A DNA stretch of 64,000 nt from Candidatus Enterousia sp. (GCA_045646605.1 JAZRLA010000005.1:11519-75518); one strand, 5' to 3'; positions 43,949-53,988 are shown, counted from the stretch's first letter. The notes: generated from the letters alone by a model not told the origin. Program-made: numbers and translations.

Positions 43949-44738
43949 TTCCGGTCGTTCCAATTCCGCGCTTTGAACGATTCTCTATAAAATCAATCGC
44001 ATCCATCGCATATTTATTATTCTTAACCTCTTTACGCACACGGGCAAGCCGTTCCGCCACCGTACCATCCGTTTCACGAAACACCGCCGAATACACAGAA
44101 TGAATTGCGTGCATATCTTCATTCGTGAACCCATGCCGCATCAGTCCCACACGATTTATCGTCCGATATGTCGCACGCGGGCCGTCATATATCGCATAGG
44201 GCAAAATATCATTCGGTACACCCGACATTCCACCGATAAAGGCATTGCGCCCAATGCGCGCAAATTGCAAAACCATCACGCCACCAGACAAAATCGCATA
44301 ATCTTCAATTTCAACATGACCGGCAACCTGGACCAGGTTAGACATAACCACACTGTTTCCCACCTTGCAATCATGTCCCACGTGTGCATTTACCATAATT
44401 TGACAATCATCACCAATAACCGTGCCATCCGATGCCGGTGTTCCCGAATGAATTGTAACATATTCACGAATCTTGCACCGCTTTCCAATACGCAGTCCCG
44501 TCATTGCGGATTCATCCTGCCATTTTAAATCCTGGCTCATAACTCCCAGAACCGCAAAAGGATAAATTATAGAATCATCGCCAATACTTGTTTTTCCCCC
44601 AAGAACAACATGCGACACCAATTCAACCCGATCGCCCAACACGACATCGGCACCAACAACGCAAAACGGCCCAATCTTACAATCTGCGCCAATCTTGGCC
44701 CCCGGCTGTATAACCGCACTTGGATGTATTTCTGTCAT
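43938..44738 (-). CDS. lpxA: Acyl-ACP--UDP-N-acetylglucosamine O-acyltransferase
   Basis: The start is taken at MTEIHPSAVIQPGAKIGADCKIGPFCVVG. It has hexapeptide repeats throughout and a helical C-terminal domain. Confidence 0.9.
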   Translation of the reverse strand: MTEIHPSAVIQPGAKIGADCKIGPFCVVGADVVLGDRVELVSHVVLGGKTSIGDDSIIYPFAVLGVMSQDLKWQDESAMTGLRIGKRCKIREYVTIHSGTPASDGTVIGDDCQIMVNAHVGHDCKVGNSVVMSNLVQVAGHVEIEDYAILSGGVMVLQFARIGRNAFIGGMSGVPNDILPYAIYDGPRATYRTINRVGLMRHGFTNEDMHAIHSVYSAVFRETDGTVAERLARVRKEVKNNKYAMDAIDFIENRSKRGIGTTGNAE

Positions 44739-44809
44739 ACTTTCACCCCATATGTTATACAGATAATAGCGTACAAACACAAATTTTGTTATTCAGTAAA
44801 TATAACGAA

Positions 44810-45829
44810 TTATAACAAAAACCGCGCATCCGACCGCGCATCGGACGAATTTAAAACAGAAATCCAAAACGTCCCCAGCGCAGTTATCGTTGGAACCTCT
44901 ATTAAAATTCCAAACATTATAACCGCAAGTGCCAACATCTTATGCCGCACACCATCCACAACCGTATTCCGATGCCAAACCGACATAGCAAACAACACAA
45001 ATGCCATAAAGGTCGTCGCAATGAAAATCGGCACTGCTTCGGTAAGTATAAACAACACCATACAAAGCGCCGTTCCAAACCGAACAAGCCATTTAAGTTT
45101 AACAAATGCACTTTTGTGAATGCGACCGCACGCCGGAACGATATCCGTCGCCACCGCCGCCGCAATCAATATTCCCGCCATCATAATCCCAATTAGATGT
45201 ATAGGGGTCAAATTTCCAAGTTGCCCAAACCTAAAGAATTCCGGTTGCATCAACAGTGCAATTATCGCCACAAGCATCAGTATCGACATACACGGTACCC
45301 CGCGCAAACGCCACGTCCGCCACCGCCCAAGCAAAAGCCCCGCGCACACGGCACCAATTTGTAAAATCGGTCCCCACCAATGCAACGTATCACTAAACCC
45401 AACCGGCACCATCAAAATAGCAAACAATAAAACATTCACCCACCAACGGCGACGCATACTTGCGCGCGCATTTCCATACCATATTGGCAATGGCACGGCG
45501 CGCGTCTTTGTTCCGATAAAAAGACAAGACACAAATAAAATACCCGCCGTCACCCATGGCAACAACGACACACCATCACGCAGGACATCGTAATTTCCGC
45601 CCATAAATACGACCCACATCATGGTCATAATAATTCCCCAAAACGCGACACGTTCCGGATTCATAAATTCCGCAAGTCCAAGTTTTTTAGCATAGAAACG
45701 CCCAAACACATATATTGCAACAAACAACGGCAAACATAAAATCGCATTCCAAAAAAAAGCCGGCGCAACAATAGCGGCATTATTAAAAGCATTTATAGCA
45801 CTGTTCACAACCATATTATCTTGAAACAT
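44810..45829 (-). CDS. Hypothetical polytopic membrane protein (~339 aa, about 10 TM)
   Basis: The ATG at 45829 has an AAAGG RBS; an alternative ATG lies at 45865. The protein is hydrophobic throughout and sits directly upstream of lpxA on the same strand. No recognisable family. Confidence 0.7.
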   Translation of the reverse strand: MFQDNMVVNSAINAFNNAAIVAPAFFWNAILCLPLFVAIYVFGRFYAKKLGLAEFMNPERVAFWGIIMTMMWVVFMGGNYDVLRDGVSLLPWVTAGILFVSCLFIGTKTRAVPLPIWYGNARASMRRRWWVNVLLFAILMVPVGFSDTLHWWGPILQIGAVCAGLLLGRWRTWRLRGVPCMSILMLVAIIALLMQPEFFRFGQLGNLTPIHLIGIMMAGILIAAAVATDIVPACGRIHKSAFVKLKWLVRFGTALCMVLFILTEAVPIFIATTFMAFVLFAMSVWHRNTVVDGVRHKMLALAVIMFGILIEVPTITALGTFWISVLNSSDARSDARFLL

Positions 45830-45867
45830 AAACTTGCCTTTTGATTTGAAATGATTATTATACATAT

Positions 45868-46548
45868 ATGACTAAAAAACAAGGCTTTTTTACCATAATG
45901 GGTGGCCGGGTTAAAATGGAATGTGGCCCGTATAACCCAACATCCGATGCGGTGTGGCTTGCCGCGTTTGTGGATGGACGCCCCAAAACAGTTTTGGATG
46001 TTGGCACGGGCACGGGCGCGGTCGCACTTTGCCTTATGGCGCGCATTGATGGAATAAAAATGACCGCAATTGATGTGTCCGATGAAATGTTGACAGCGGC
46101 ACGGAAAAATTTCGAACTGAACAACAAAACCGCCGATTTTATAAATGCCGACATATTGTCTTGGCGAACTAACAAGACCTTTGATTTGGTTATAACCAAC
46201 CCGCCTTACTTTCGCGGTATGCCCGCGGCGCACAATGCGCACCATAACGCCGATTTAACCCTTTGGACACGCCGGTGCATCGCACGCACGCGACCGAACG
46301 GCACATTTGCAACAATTGTCGATGCCGCGGCATGCGCGCCCATTATTGCGGAAATGTCTGCACATTGCGGGGATATTAAAATATTACCACTGTTCAGCAA
46401 TAAAAACACCGCCGAACGGGTTTTGCTGTCCGCACGTGTTGGTCGCGCACCGCATACAACGATATTTTCGGGATTGTCCATGAATTGCGATGCCGTTTTG
46501 CGCAATGGGTGCGCCGTCAAAGATACGATATCCGGGGGTCAAATGTGA
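45868..46548 (+). CDS. SAM-dependent N6-adenine-type methyltransferase (TrmN6/YfiC-like)
   Basis: Motif I is VLDVGTGTGAVAL and motif IV is DLVITNPPYF. The N-terminal TSDAVWLAAF resembles the YfiC family. Confidence 0.75.
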   Translation: MTKKQGFFTIMGGRVKMECGPYNPTSDAVWLAAFVDGRPKTVLDVGTGTGAVALCLMARIDGIKMTAIDVSDEMLTAARKNFELNNKTADFINADILSWRTNKTFDLVITNPPYFRGMPAAHNAHHNADLTLWTRRCIARTRPNGTFATIVDAAACAPIIAEMSAHCGDIKILPLFSNKNTAERVLLSARVGRAPHTTIFSGLSMNCDAVLRNGCAVKDTISGGQM

Positions 46549-46590
46549 TTCCTTGACTATTACAGATTATTACAGTATGCTACTAGGGTT

Positions 46591-47868
46591 ATGATAAATT
46601 TTATAACACGATATTTTACATCCCTTTGGGCGTTCATAACCGCACCTTTCCGGGCAATATGGCGCATCATCACGCGGATTTTTCCACCGCGCGAATTTAC
46701 CGTTATGGACACGCCCCGCGGGAATGTTTACACTTTTCAGCAGAGCAGTTTTTGGCGTTTTACGAAATTCTGTGGCAAAATAGGGCTTTTTGTGTGGGCA
46801 ACGTGGTCAACCTATGTGTTTCTTTACCATCGCCCAATGTTGCAAACCCGCACGATTCAGTTGGAAAATATGAAGCAGAAATATGCGCATCATATGATTG
46901 ACCTTGGGAAATACCTCGAAAAGTATAACGAACTAACAAAAAACGTCAATGTTATCGATGATAAATTATTAAAAGACACAAAACTAACCACCGAAGAAAA
47001 AGAAGCACTTATCAATGAACGCCTTAAAACTTGGGGTGAATTGGACTTTTTGAAAACGCGCGTGACCGAAATGTTCACCGATGAAGATTACGCACCGGAA
47101 TACACAAAGGTTTCCGATTTGGCTGTTGAATATGAATTAACACTGGCGGAAAACATTGAAATTAAAAAGCGCGACATTGAATTACTTGAAACCGTGGCCA
47201 AGGTTATTGATGCCGACAATAAAATTGTTGATGCGGTTTCCAAACTTGCGGGCGACAAAGTCGCGGAATTGCGCGACGAATTGCATCATATAAACGGAAC
47301 ACTTGCGACACTTGGGTTATCCGAGGCGACACTTGTTAAAAATGCGAATCGGTTTTCGAACCAATTTGTTGGTGCGGTGTTTGATCCACTTGAAATAGAC
47401 AAAGAATTAGATGAAAAATATCAAAAATTGGCAGACGATATAACACTTTGGAATGGACTTAGCAAATTAAAGAAAACCCTGCCACTTGGTGCACCGATTA
47501 AGGATGTTCGCATAACATCAAAATATGGCCGGCGCAAGGATCCATTTACCGGCGATCAAAAACAACACAAAGGTATAGATTTCGCCGGGAAAATAGGCAC
47601 CGAATTAATGGCGGTGGCACCGGGACGTGTTATATCGGCGGGCGAACGCATGGGATACGGTACAACCGTTGAAATTGACCACGGACTTGGGTTCACAACA
47701 TTATACGCCCACCTATCGAAAATAACGGTATCACGTGGCGATTGGGTGCGGCCCGGAACAATTGTTGGACTTGGTGGCTCTTCGGGGCGGTCAACGGGTC
47801 CACACTTGCACTATGAAATACGGTACAAGGGAAATCCATTTGACCCCGAAAAATTCGTAAAGGAATAA
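46591..47868 (+). CDS. M23-family metallopeptidase with N-terminal TM segments and a coiled coil
   Basis: HKGIDFAG...GTTVEIDHGLGFTTLYAHLS...GSSGRSTGPHLHYEIRYKGNPFDP, which carries the HxxxD and HxH motifs. Confidence 0.87.
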   Translation: MINFITRYFTSLWAFITAPFRAIWRIITRIFPPREFTVMDTPRGNVYTFQQSSFWRFTKFCGKIGLFVWATWSTYVFLYHRPMLQTRTIQLENMKQKYAHHMIDLGKYLEKYNELTKNVNVIDDKLLKDTKLTTEEKEALINERLKTWGELDFLKTRVTEMFTDEDYAPEYTKVSDLAVEYELTLAENIEIKKRDIELLETVAKVIDADNKIVDAVSKLAGDKVAELRDELHHINGTLATLGLSEATLVKNANRFSNQFVGAVFDPLEIDKELDEKYQKLADDITLWNGLSKLKKTLPLGAPIKDVRITSKYGRRKDPFTGDQKQHKGIDFAGKIGTELMAVAPGRVISAGERMGYGTTVEIDHGLGFTTLYAHLSKITVSRGDWVRPGTIVGLGGSSGRSTGPHLHYEIRYKGNPFDPEKFVKE

Positions 47869-47870
47869 AA

Positions 47871-48215
47871 ATGTTGGCATTTACAAACGCAGATGAAAAA
47901 ACTTCACCGACAATAATTGGCGCGGGGTGCAAGCTGACCGGCGACATCAAAACCGACCACAGTGTCCAAATTCACGGCCACATTGTTGGCGACGTCACGG
48001 CGGACACAATCGTTATCGGTCGCGGCGGCATCGTAGAAGGAAAAATCCAGGCGACAAACCTGTTCTTGCACGGAACATTAAACGGCCCGGCAACGGTTGA
48101 TATCGCCAATGTGTTCAGCCATGCGCAAATGATTGGCACATTGTCATATCGAACATTGAACATCACCGCCAATACGGGACTTGAATGCAAATTGGCAAAG
48201 CGCAAGGATAAATAA
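47871..48215 (+). CDS. Bactofilin (DUF583 polymer-forming cytoskeletal protein)
   Basis: A beta-helical repeat pattern (TIIGAGCKLTGDIKTDHSVQIHGHIVGDVTADTIVIGRGGIVEGKIQATNLFLHGTLNG). The gene starts 2 nt after the M23 gene's stop codon. Confidence 0.85.
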   Translation: MLAFTNADEKTSPTIIGAGCKLTGDIKTDHSVQIHGHIVGDVTADTIVIGRGGIVEGKIQATNLFLHGTLNGPATVDIANVFSHAQMIGTLSYRTLNITANTGLECKLAKRKDK

Positions 48216-48216
48216 C

Positions 48217-48663
48217 ATGAACAAAAGTATAAAAAAGGTGTTTATTGCCGCCGACCATCGCGGGGTAGGGCTGAAACTCTATCTTATCGAAATGCTAAGT
48301 GCATTGGGCTACAACATGGTAAATCTTGGCACGGACGATTTGAATACACCGGTGGATTTTCCGGACGTGGCAAAAACACTTGCCGATGCGATGCTTGATG
48401 CGCCGGACACGCGCGGAATTTTGGTGTGTGGCACCGGTGCGGGTGTTCAAATTGCGGCAAACCGTTACCGTCATATCCGTGCATCGCGTTGCGATAGACC
48501 GGACCAAGCCCGCGACGACAGATTTCACGACGATATAAATGTTTTGGCACTTGGCGCGGACGATATTGATATTGAAATGGCCTTCCTTTGCGCCCAGGCA
48601 TTTTTGGAAAGCCCTTTCGACGATTGCGAAAAACGCCGGCGGCGGCTGAAAAAAATATCGTAG
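48217..48663 (+). CDS. rpiB: Ribose-5-phosphate isomerase B (RpiB/LacAB family)
   Basis: The start is taken at MNKSIKKVFIAADHRG. Supporting motifs are GILVCGTGAGVQIAANR and HDDINVLALG. Confidence 0.88.
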   Translation: MNKSIKKVFIAADHRGVGLKLYLIEMLSALGYNMVNLGTDDLNTPVDFPDVAKTLADAMLDAPDTRGILVCGTGAGVQIAANRYRHIRASRCDRPDQARDDRFHDDINVLALGADDIDIEMAFLCAQAFLESPFDDCEKRRRRLKKIS

Positions 48664-48670
48664 TATAAGT

Positions 48671-48698
48671 AAAAAACCGCCCATTTGGGCGGTGTTTC
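48671..48698. terminator. Bidirectional rho-independent terminator
   Basis: AAAAAACCGCCC-ATTT-GGGCGGTGTTT. This is the stereotyped ACCGCCC...GGGCGGT hairpin. Confidence 0.7.
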
Positions 48699-48709
48699 TA
48701 TTCAGTATT

Positions 48710-50044
48710 TTATTGCCCCCGCGACCCAAAACGACGCGTCGTAAGAACACAGGCAACACTATCCGCTTTCCACCTAGGATCATCTGTTTTTTCCCGCCAA
48801 CGTCTTTTCATCTCAAGTTGTTGCCGCAACGAATCTATTTGACGTTGTTCTGCTGCGGTATATTGCGGTTTCCACACTTTCTTTTTTGCCACCTTGACAA
48901 CTTCGCTAAAGTCAATACGAACCCCCAAGTTAGCACCAGCCCTAAATGAAAATTCTGAATCTCCAACCTTTGGCATAGGCATTTGATAGCCATACTCATT
49001 CTCCCAGGGACTCCAAGCATTTGTACGTGTTTCAAAACTTACATTATCTTTAAATATCGGGGTTTTTTCAATCACACCATTTGGACGCTCCTTTACTACC
49101 TGCCACTTACCGGCACCATGCGACAAAAGTTTATACTTTGCACCAGGTTCGCCAAAGAAATCTATATCTAAATTTTGATCATATACACTAACAGAACGCA
49201 CTGTAATTAACGCTTCCTGCGTCCCAATATAATTTACATTTTCATAGCCAGGATACGCTCCACCTTCATCATAATCGACTCCAAGCTGATTATCATACCC
49301 CAAATAATAATCCGCAAAACGTGCCTCTACTTTCTTACGATTTGCAACCAATCCCTTTTCTGTATTTGCAATAATCGATGCAGCTTTTTGACTTATCTCT
49401 TTTTTACGCATATCGCCATAATCAGATCTACCAATAATTGTATCAACATGGTTCTGCCACTCATCTGTCGCACCAAAAGCCCACATGTCATCAGCAATGC
49501 TATCCATACCAACGAACAATTCGCTAAAGAAATCATAATATCCATATTCATTAGGATCCTTTGTAAAGAAATTATCATAGCGCAAATCATATAACGAGAA
49601 CATGTCCCTTATATTTTGCTCTCCTTGTTCAATAATCGGCCAACCGGTTTTAATAAGTTCGTCTTCAATAGTTCTCCCCAAGGCATGGGCCCATTCTATA
49701 TCACGAATATCTTTTTCATCATAATACGAATCACGCAAACTGCGTAAACTATCCTCATACGGTTTCGCACCACTCGACATCATAACAGAATCACGAACAT
49801 TTTTATAATAGTCGTCACGCTGTTGCTCTTTGGCACGTCTAGTTGAATCGGCAACACGCCGCTCTTCACGCCGAATAGAATCGGCTATTCTCCACTCTCT
49901 TTCTTCCTCTTCTTCGAGCCTCGCCTCTCTACGTTCTTGGATTCTATCAACAACATTACTGATACCACGCCCAGCAATATACATCATTACTACTATTGCC
50001 GTTCCTAATAATCCTCTTTTTATTTTTCTTGCTTCATCAGACAT
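48710..50044 (-). CDS. Hypothetical membrane-anchored protein (444 aa)
   Basis: The start is taken at MSDEARKIKRG (ATG at 50044, with an AAGGAGAGA RBS). It has one N-terminal TM segment (LLGTAIVVMMYIAG) followed by an Arg/Glu-rich helix. No recognisable family. Confidence 0.7.
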   Translation of the reverse strand: MSDEARKIKRGLLGTAIVVMMYIAGRGISNVVDRIQERREARLEEEEEREWRIADSIRREERRVADSTRRAKEQQRDDYYKNVRDSVMMSSGAKPYEDSLRSLRDSYYDEKDIRDIEWAHALGRTIEDELIKTGWPIIEQGEQNIRDMFSLYDLRYDNFFTKDPNEYGYYDFFSELFVGMDSIADDMWAFGATDEWQNHVDTIIGRSDYGDMRKKEISQKAASIIANTEKGLVANRKKVEARFADYYLGYDNQLGVDYDEGGAYPGYENVNYIGTQEALITVRSVSVYDQNLDIDFFGEPGAKYKLLSHGAGKWQVVKERPNGVIEKTPIFKDNVSFETRTNAWSPWENEYGYQMPMPKVGDSEFSFRAGANLGVRIDFSEVVKVAKKKVWKPQYTAAEQRQIDSLRQQLEMKRRWREKTDDPRWKADSVACVLTTRRFGSRGQ

Positions 50045-50174
50045 ATTTTCTCTCCTTGTTTTTTTTCGTTTTACATTGTACCACAAAAAGAGCCCGTATT
50101 CAAACAAAAACTTGTACGATTCACCGCACCGTTTTTCACTTAATCCTTGCCCTATAAATCACGATGTACGTAGT

Positions 50175-50201
50175 AAAAAATAACCGCCCGTTTGGGCGGT
50201 T
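50175..50201 (-). terminator. Rho-independent terminator serving leuS
   Basis: AACCGCCC-GTTT-GGGCGGTT, followed on the minus strand by TTATTTTTT. It is separated from the leuS stop by the repeat at 50202-50276. Confidence 0.65.
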
Positions 50202-50276
50202 TTACTAACCACTAGCCACTAACACCAAGCCGGGGCAAAGCCTCGGCGCAGTCGCGCCGTAGCCTTGGCGAAGGCG
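50202..50276. repeat. Stop-rich arm plus three short GC hairpins
   Basis: TTACTAACCACTAGCCACTAACACC, then GCCGGGGC-AAA-GCCTCGGC, GGCGC-AGTC-GCGCC and GCCTT-GGCG-AAGGC. Confidence 0.7.
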
Positions 50277-50281
50277 GATAA

Positions 50282-52684
50282 TCACTTTCGCACCACAAAA
50301 TTCACCAATTTCCGTGGCACGACGATGGTTTTGATTATTTCCGCGCCATTCAGTTTTACGGCAACTGTATCACGTGCGATTTGTGTCAAATCCGCATCGG
50401 TTGCGTTCAGATCGGCAACAAATTCACCAACACGCTTGCCATTTATTGTTATTGCCATCGTCACGGTTGTCTGAACCAGTTTTGACGCGTCAAATGTCGG
50501 CCACGGTTCAAAGACCAGCATGTCGCCGTGTCCCAATTTTTCCCACATTTCTTCGGTTAAATGCGGTGCAAACGGGTTTAACACCTGAATCAAAACCTCA
50601 TACGCCCGCCGTGGCATTTTCCCGCCCGGGAATTCATTGATAAATTCCATCATGGCAGATATTGAAGTATTGAACTTCATACTTTTCAATCTTTCGGTTA
50701 TGTCCGCAACCAAACGATTTACCAAGACATCTTGATCATCCGTCAATTCATCATCGGTCAAATTATCAGACAGATTCTCAACACGTTTCAAGAAACGCTG
50801 AACACCAGCCAGCGCACCCTCTGTCCAGACAGTGTTGTTTTCCCAAGGCCCCAATGACAGGACAGAAACACGCGCGGCATCCGCACCAACTTTTTCCACT
50901 AAATCCAAGGTCATAAAGCCATTTCCCCTAGATTTTGACATTTTGTATCCATCACTACCTAACAACGTTCCAAGTGCAGTACGCTTTTTATACGGTTCTA
51001 CACCTGGCACATAACCCAAATCCGCCAGAACTTTATACCAAAACCGCGAATAGAGCAGGTGCCGCGTTGTATGTTCCATACCACCATTATAGTGGTCAAC
51101 CGGCATCCAATCGTCTATCTGACTACGGCGACAAAACTCTTTATCATTCTTGGCATCAAGATAGCGCAGAAAATACCACGAAGACCCCGCCCACTGTGGC
51201 ATAGTATCCGTTTCGCGCCGCGCCGGCGCACCGCAATTGGGACAGGTTGTATTCACCCAATCCGTCGCACGCGCCAACGGACTTTCGCCGTCTTCGGTTG
51301 GTCTATAATCGGTCATATGAGGTTGCATAATCGGCAGTTCACTTTCTGGCACCGGCACCCAACCACATTTTTCACAGTACACTAATGGTATCGGTTCGCC
51401 CCAATACATTTGCCGCGAAAATCCCCAATCTTTCAGTTTATATTTCTTGGTCCCGCGCGCAAAGCCGTGTTCAGTGCCATACTTTATCGCGGCGGCGATG
51501 GCCGTTTCTTTATCCATTCCATCAAGGAATTGCGAATTGATGTGCGTTCCGTCACCTTCCCATACTTTGTCGGGTTCACCGCCGGCCAAAACCGGAATAA
51601 TTTCCAGACCAAATTTCTTAGCAAAGTCCCAGTCGCGCGAATCATGCGCCGGCACCGCCATAATCGCGCCAAAACCATAGTCCGCCAAGACATAATCCGA
51701 TATAAAGATTGGAATTTCGCGACCATTAAACGGATTTGTCGCCATCACACCCTCCAATTTCACACCAGTTTTATCCTTGGTAACATCGGTGCGTTCAATT
51801 TCGGACTTTGCTTTGGCCGCGGCAATATAATCGCGCACCGCGTCAACATTTTTAATACGTCCTTCATCAATCCACTTTTTCACCAATTTATGTTCCGGCG
51901 CAATTACACAGAATGTCACACCAAATATAGTGTCAACACGCGTAGTGTAAACCGTCATAATATCGTCACCGACACGAAAATCCACATCCGCGCCATACGA
52001 ACGGCCAATCCAGTTTATCTGCATAGTTTTGACTTTTTCGGGATAATCCACCAAGTTCAGGTCATCAACCAAACGATCAGCGTATTTGGTAATAGCCAAA
52101 TTCCATTGCAGTTTCATTTTCTTTTCAACCGGCCCATGGCAACGATCACAACAACCATCTTCTAACTCTTCATTGGTCAGTGTAGTCCGACAATTCGGAC
52201 ACCAATTCATTGGCAATTCAGATTTATACGCCAAACCCGCCTTGAAAAACTGAATAAACATCCACTGGGTCCACTTGATATAATCCGGATCAGAAGTCGC
52301 GACACGCGATTCAGGATCCACAGACCACCCCGCCTTATCAATTGTTTCAGAATAAGATTTTTTCAATTCTTCTGATACATCCGCAGGATGTCTACCAATC
52401 TTGGTGGCATATTTTTCTGCGGCAATTCCCAAAGAATCAAAACCCATTGGATAAAAAACATCATATCCCAAATGGCGACGAAACCGCGCCATAACATCCA
52501 TACCACTGTAATTTAACAAATGACCCGCATGCAATCCAGCACCAGACAAGAAAGGAAATTCAACCAAGTTATAAAAACGCGGCTTTGACCCGTCGTTTTT
52601 CGGAACGAATGCACGTTCGTCCGCCCAGCGCTTTTGCCATTTGGCTTCACGCTCTACTATTTTTTTTATATCGTCATTTGCCAT
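50282..52684 (-). CDS. leuS: Leucyl-tRNA synthetase
   Basis: The start is taken at MANDDIKKIVEREAKWQKRW. It has a HIGH-region variant (GLHAGHLLNY) and a KMSKS motif (YKMSKSRGN). Confidence 0.96.
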   Translation of the reverse strand: MANDDIKKIVEREAKWQKRWADERAFVPKNDGSKPRFYNLVEFPFLSGAGLHAGHLLNYSGMDVMARFRRHLGYDVFYPMGFDSLGIAAEKYATKIGRHPADVSEELKKSYSETIDKAGWSVDPESRVATSDPDYIKWTQWMFIQFFKAGLAYKSELPMNWCPNCRTTLTNEELEDGCCDRCHGPVEKKMKLQWNLAITKYADRLVDDLNLVDYPEKVKTMQINWIGRSYGADVDFRVGDDIMTVYTTRVDTIFGVTFCVIAPEHKLVKKWIDEGRIKNVDAVRDYIAAAKAKSEIERTDVTKDKTGVKLEGVMATNPFNGREIPIFISDYVLADYGFGAIMAVPAHDSRDWDFAKKFGLEIIPVLAGGEPDKVWEGDGTHINSQFLDGMDKETAIAAAIKYGTEHGFARGTKKYKLKDWGFSRQMYWGEPIPLVYCEKCGWVPVPESELPIMQPHMTDYRPTEDGESPLARATDWVNTTCPNCGAPARRETDTMPQWAGSSWYFLRYLDAKNDKEFCRRSQIDDWMPVDHYNGGMEHTTRHLLYSRFWYKVLADLGYVPGVEPYKKRTALGTLLGSDGYKMSKSRGNGFMTLDLVEKVGADAARVSVLSLGPWENNTVWTEGALAGVQRFLKRVENLSDNLTDDELTDDQDVLVNRLVADITERLKSMKFNTSISAMMEFINEFPGGKMPRRAYEVLIQVLNPFAPHLTEEMWEKLGHGDMLVFEPWPTFDASKLVQTTVTMAITINGKRVGEFVADLNATDADLTQIARDTVAVKLNGAEIIKTIVVPRKLVNFVVRK

Positions 52685-52787
52685 TTTTGTACTCCATATT
52701 TGGGTCTGCCTGCGCAGGGTAGCAAACCCCCGCCCAATTTTCAAGTTTTTTATATTTTGTGGTATAATAATACCATAATGATTTTTC

Positions 52788-52816
52788 TTGACTTTTCTGC
52801 ACGACTGCGACATAAT
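52788..52816 (+). promoter_or_regulatory. Sigma70-type promoter of rplM-rpsI
   Basis: TTGACT (52788-52793), a 17-nt spacer, then CATAAT (52811-52816). Confidence 0.5.
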
Positions 52817-52854
52817 TCGTCACGAACTTTTAACAAAACAAAGGTAAAACAAAA

Positions 52855-53328
52855 ATGGTGGCGACAAAATCGTTAAAAAAGTGCGAATTGGATGCCAAAT
52901 GGTATCTGATCGACGCGACTGATTGCACGCTGGGCCGTTTGGCGGCATATACCGCGAACATCTTGCGGGGCAAAAACAAACCGACATGGACACCGAACAT
53001 GGATTGCGGTGATCATGTTATCATTATCAACGCTGATAAAGTGGCGCTTTCGGGAACCAAGGCGGACAAAACAAAATTCTATTGGCACACGACATACCCC
53101 GGCGGGATCAAAGAACGCACATTGGGCCAGATGCGTGCGGAAAAACCGACATTGCTTGTCAAAAATGCTGTTAAACGCATGATGGGGCGCCGTACCGCGG
53201 TTGCGTTGGCGGATAAACGCCTAACCAAACTGCATGTGTATGCGGGCGCCGAACATAAACATGCCGCACAAAATCCGGTTGTGATTGACTTTGCGGGATT
53301 GAATCGTAAAAACAAAAGGGGCGAATAA
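52855..53328 (+). CDS. rplM: 50S ribosomal protein L13
   Basis: [49 protein letters not shown]. Confidence 0.95.
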   Translation: MVATKSLKKCELDAKWYLIDATDCTLGRLAAYTANILRGKNKPTWTPNMDCGDHVIIINADKVALSGTKADKTKFYWHTTYPGGIKERTLGQMRAEKPTLLVKNAVKRMMGRRTAVALADKRLTKLHVYAGAEHKHAAQNPVVIDFAGLNRKNKRGE

Positions 53329-53870
53329 TGGCAACAGAGACAAAAAAGACAACCGCCAAGGCGACAACTGTAAAGAAAGCGGCCCCGGCAAAGAAAACGG
53401 CAACACCAAAGGCCACAACCAAGGCAACGGTTAAAACCGCTGCGGCAAAAAAATCGGCTGTGGCCGTTGCAACACCAAAATTGAACAACGCAATCTATGC
53501 CACGGGCAAGCGCAAAGATTCTGTTGCGCGCGTATATATGGTTCCGGGCAAGGGTAACATTGTTATCAACGAACGCCCGATGGCACAATATTTTCGCCGT
53601 CCGGTGCTGCAAATGATTTTGAACCAACCGTTTGCGGTCACCAAACGCGAAGGCGCCTACGATGTGTTTGTAATGGTTATGGGTGGTGGACTATCCGGCC
53701 AGGCGGGCGCGGTGAAACACGGAATTTCCAAGGCACTGGAAAAATCTGAACCGGATTTACGTGCACCGTTAAAGGCCGCCGGGTTCCTGACCCGCGATAG
53801 CCGCGTTGTTGAACGTAAACACTATGGTTATCACAAGGCCCGTCGTTCAACACAGTTCAGCAAACGTTAG
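53328..53870 (+). CDS. rpsI: 30S ribosomal protein S9 with a Lys/Ala/Thr-rich N-terminal extension of about 50 aa
   Basis: The conserved core is [15 protein letters not shown]...[19 protein letters not shown]...[25 protein letters not shown]. Its start overlaps the rplM stop (TAATG). Confidence 0.95.
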   Translation: MATETKKTTAKATTVKKAAPAKKTATPKATTKATVKTAAAKKSAVAVATPKLNNAIYATGKRKDSVARVYMVPGKGNIVINERPMAQYFRRPVLQMILNQPFAVTKREGAYDVFVMVMGGGLSGQAGAVKHGISKALEKSEPDLRAPLKAAGFLTRDSRVVERKHYGYHKARRSTQFSKR

Positions 53871-53896
53871 TATTAGCGTTAGTGTATTAACAGTTA

Positions 53897-53922
53897 CAAA
53901 AACCGCCATTTGGCGGTTTTTG
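53897..53922 (+). terminator. Rho-independent terminator of rplM-rpsI
   Basis: AAAACCGCC-ATTT-GGCGGTTTTT. Confidence 0.75.
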
Positions 53923-53933
53923 TATAATATTAC

Positions 53934-53962
53934 TTGACAATATAATATTTTGGTGTTAATAT
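53934..53962 (+). promoter_or_regulatory. Sigma70-type promoter
   Basis: Consensus TTGACA (53934-53939), a 17-nt spacer, then TAATAT (53957-53962), about 27 nt upstream of the ATG at 53989. Confidence 0.6.
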
Positions 53963-53988
53963 ATACACATAAATTTAAGGAGTACAAC

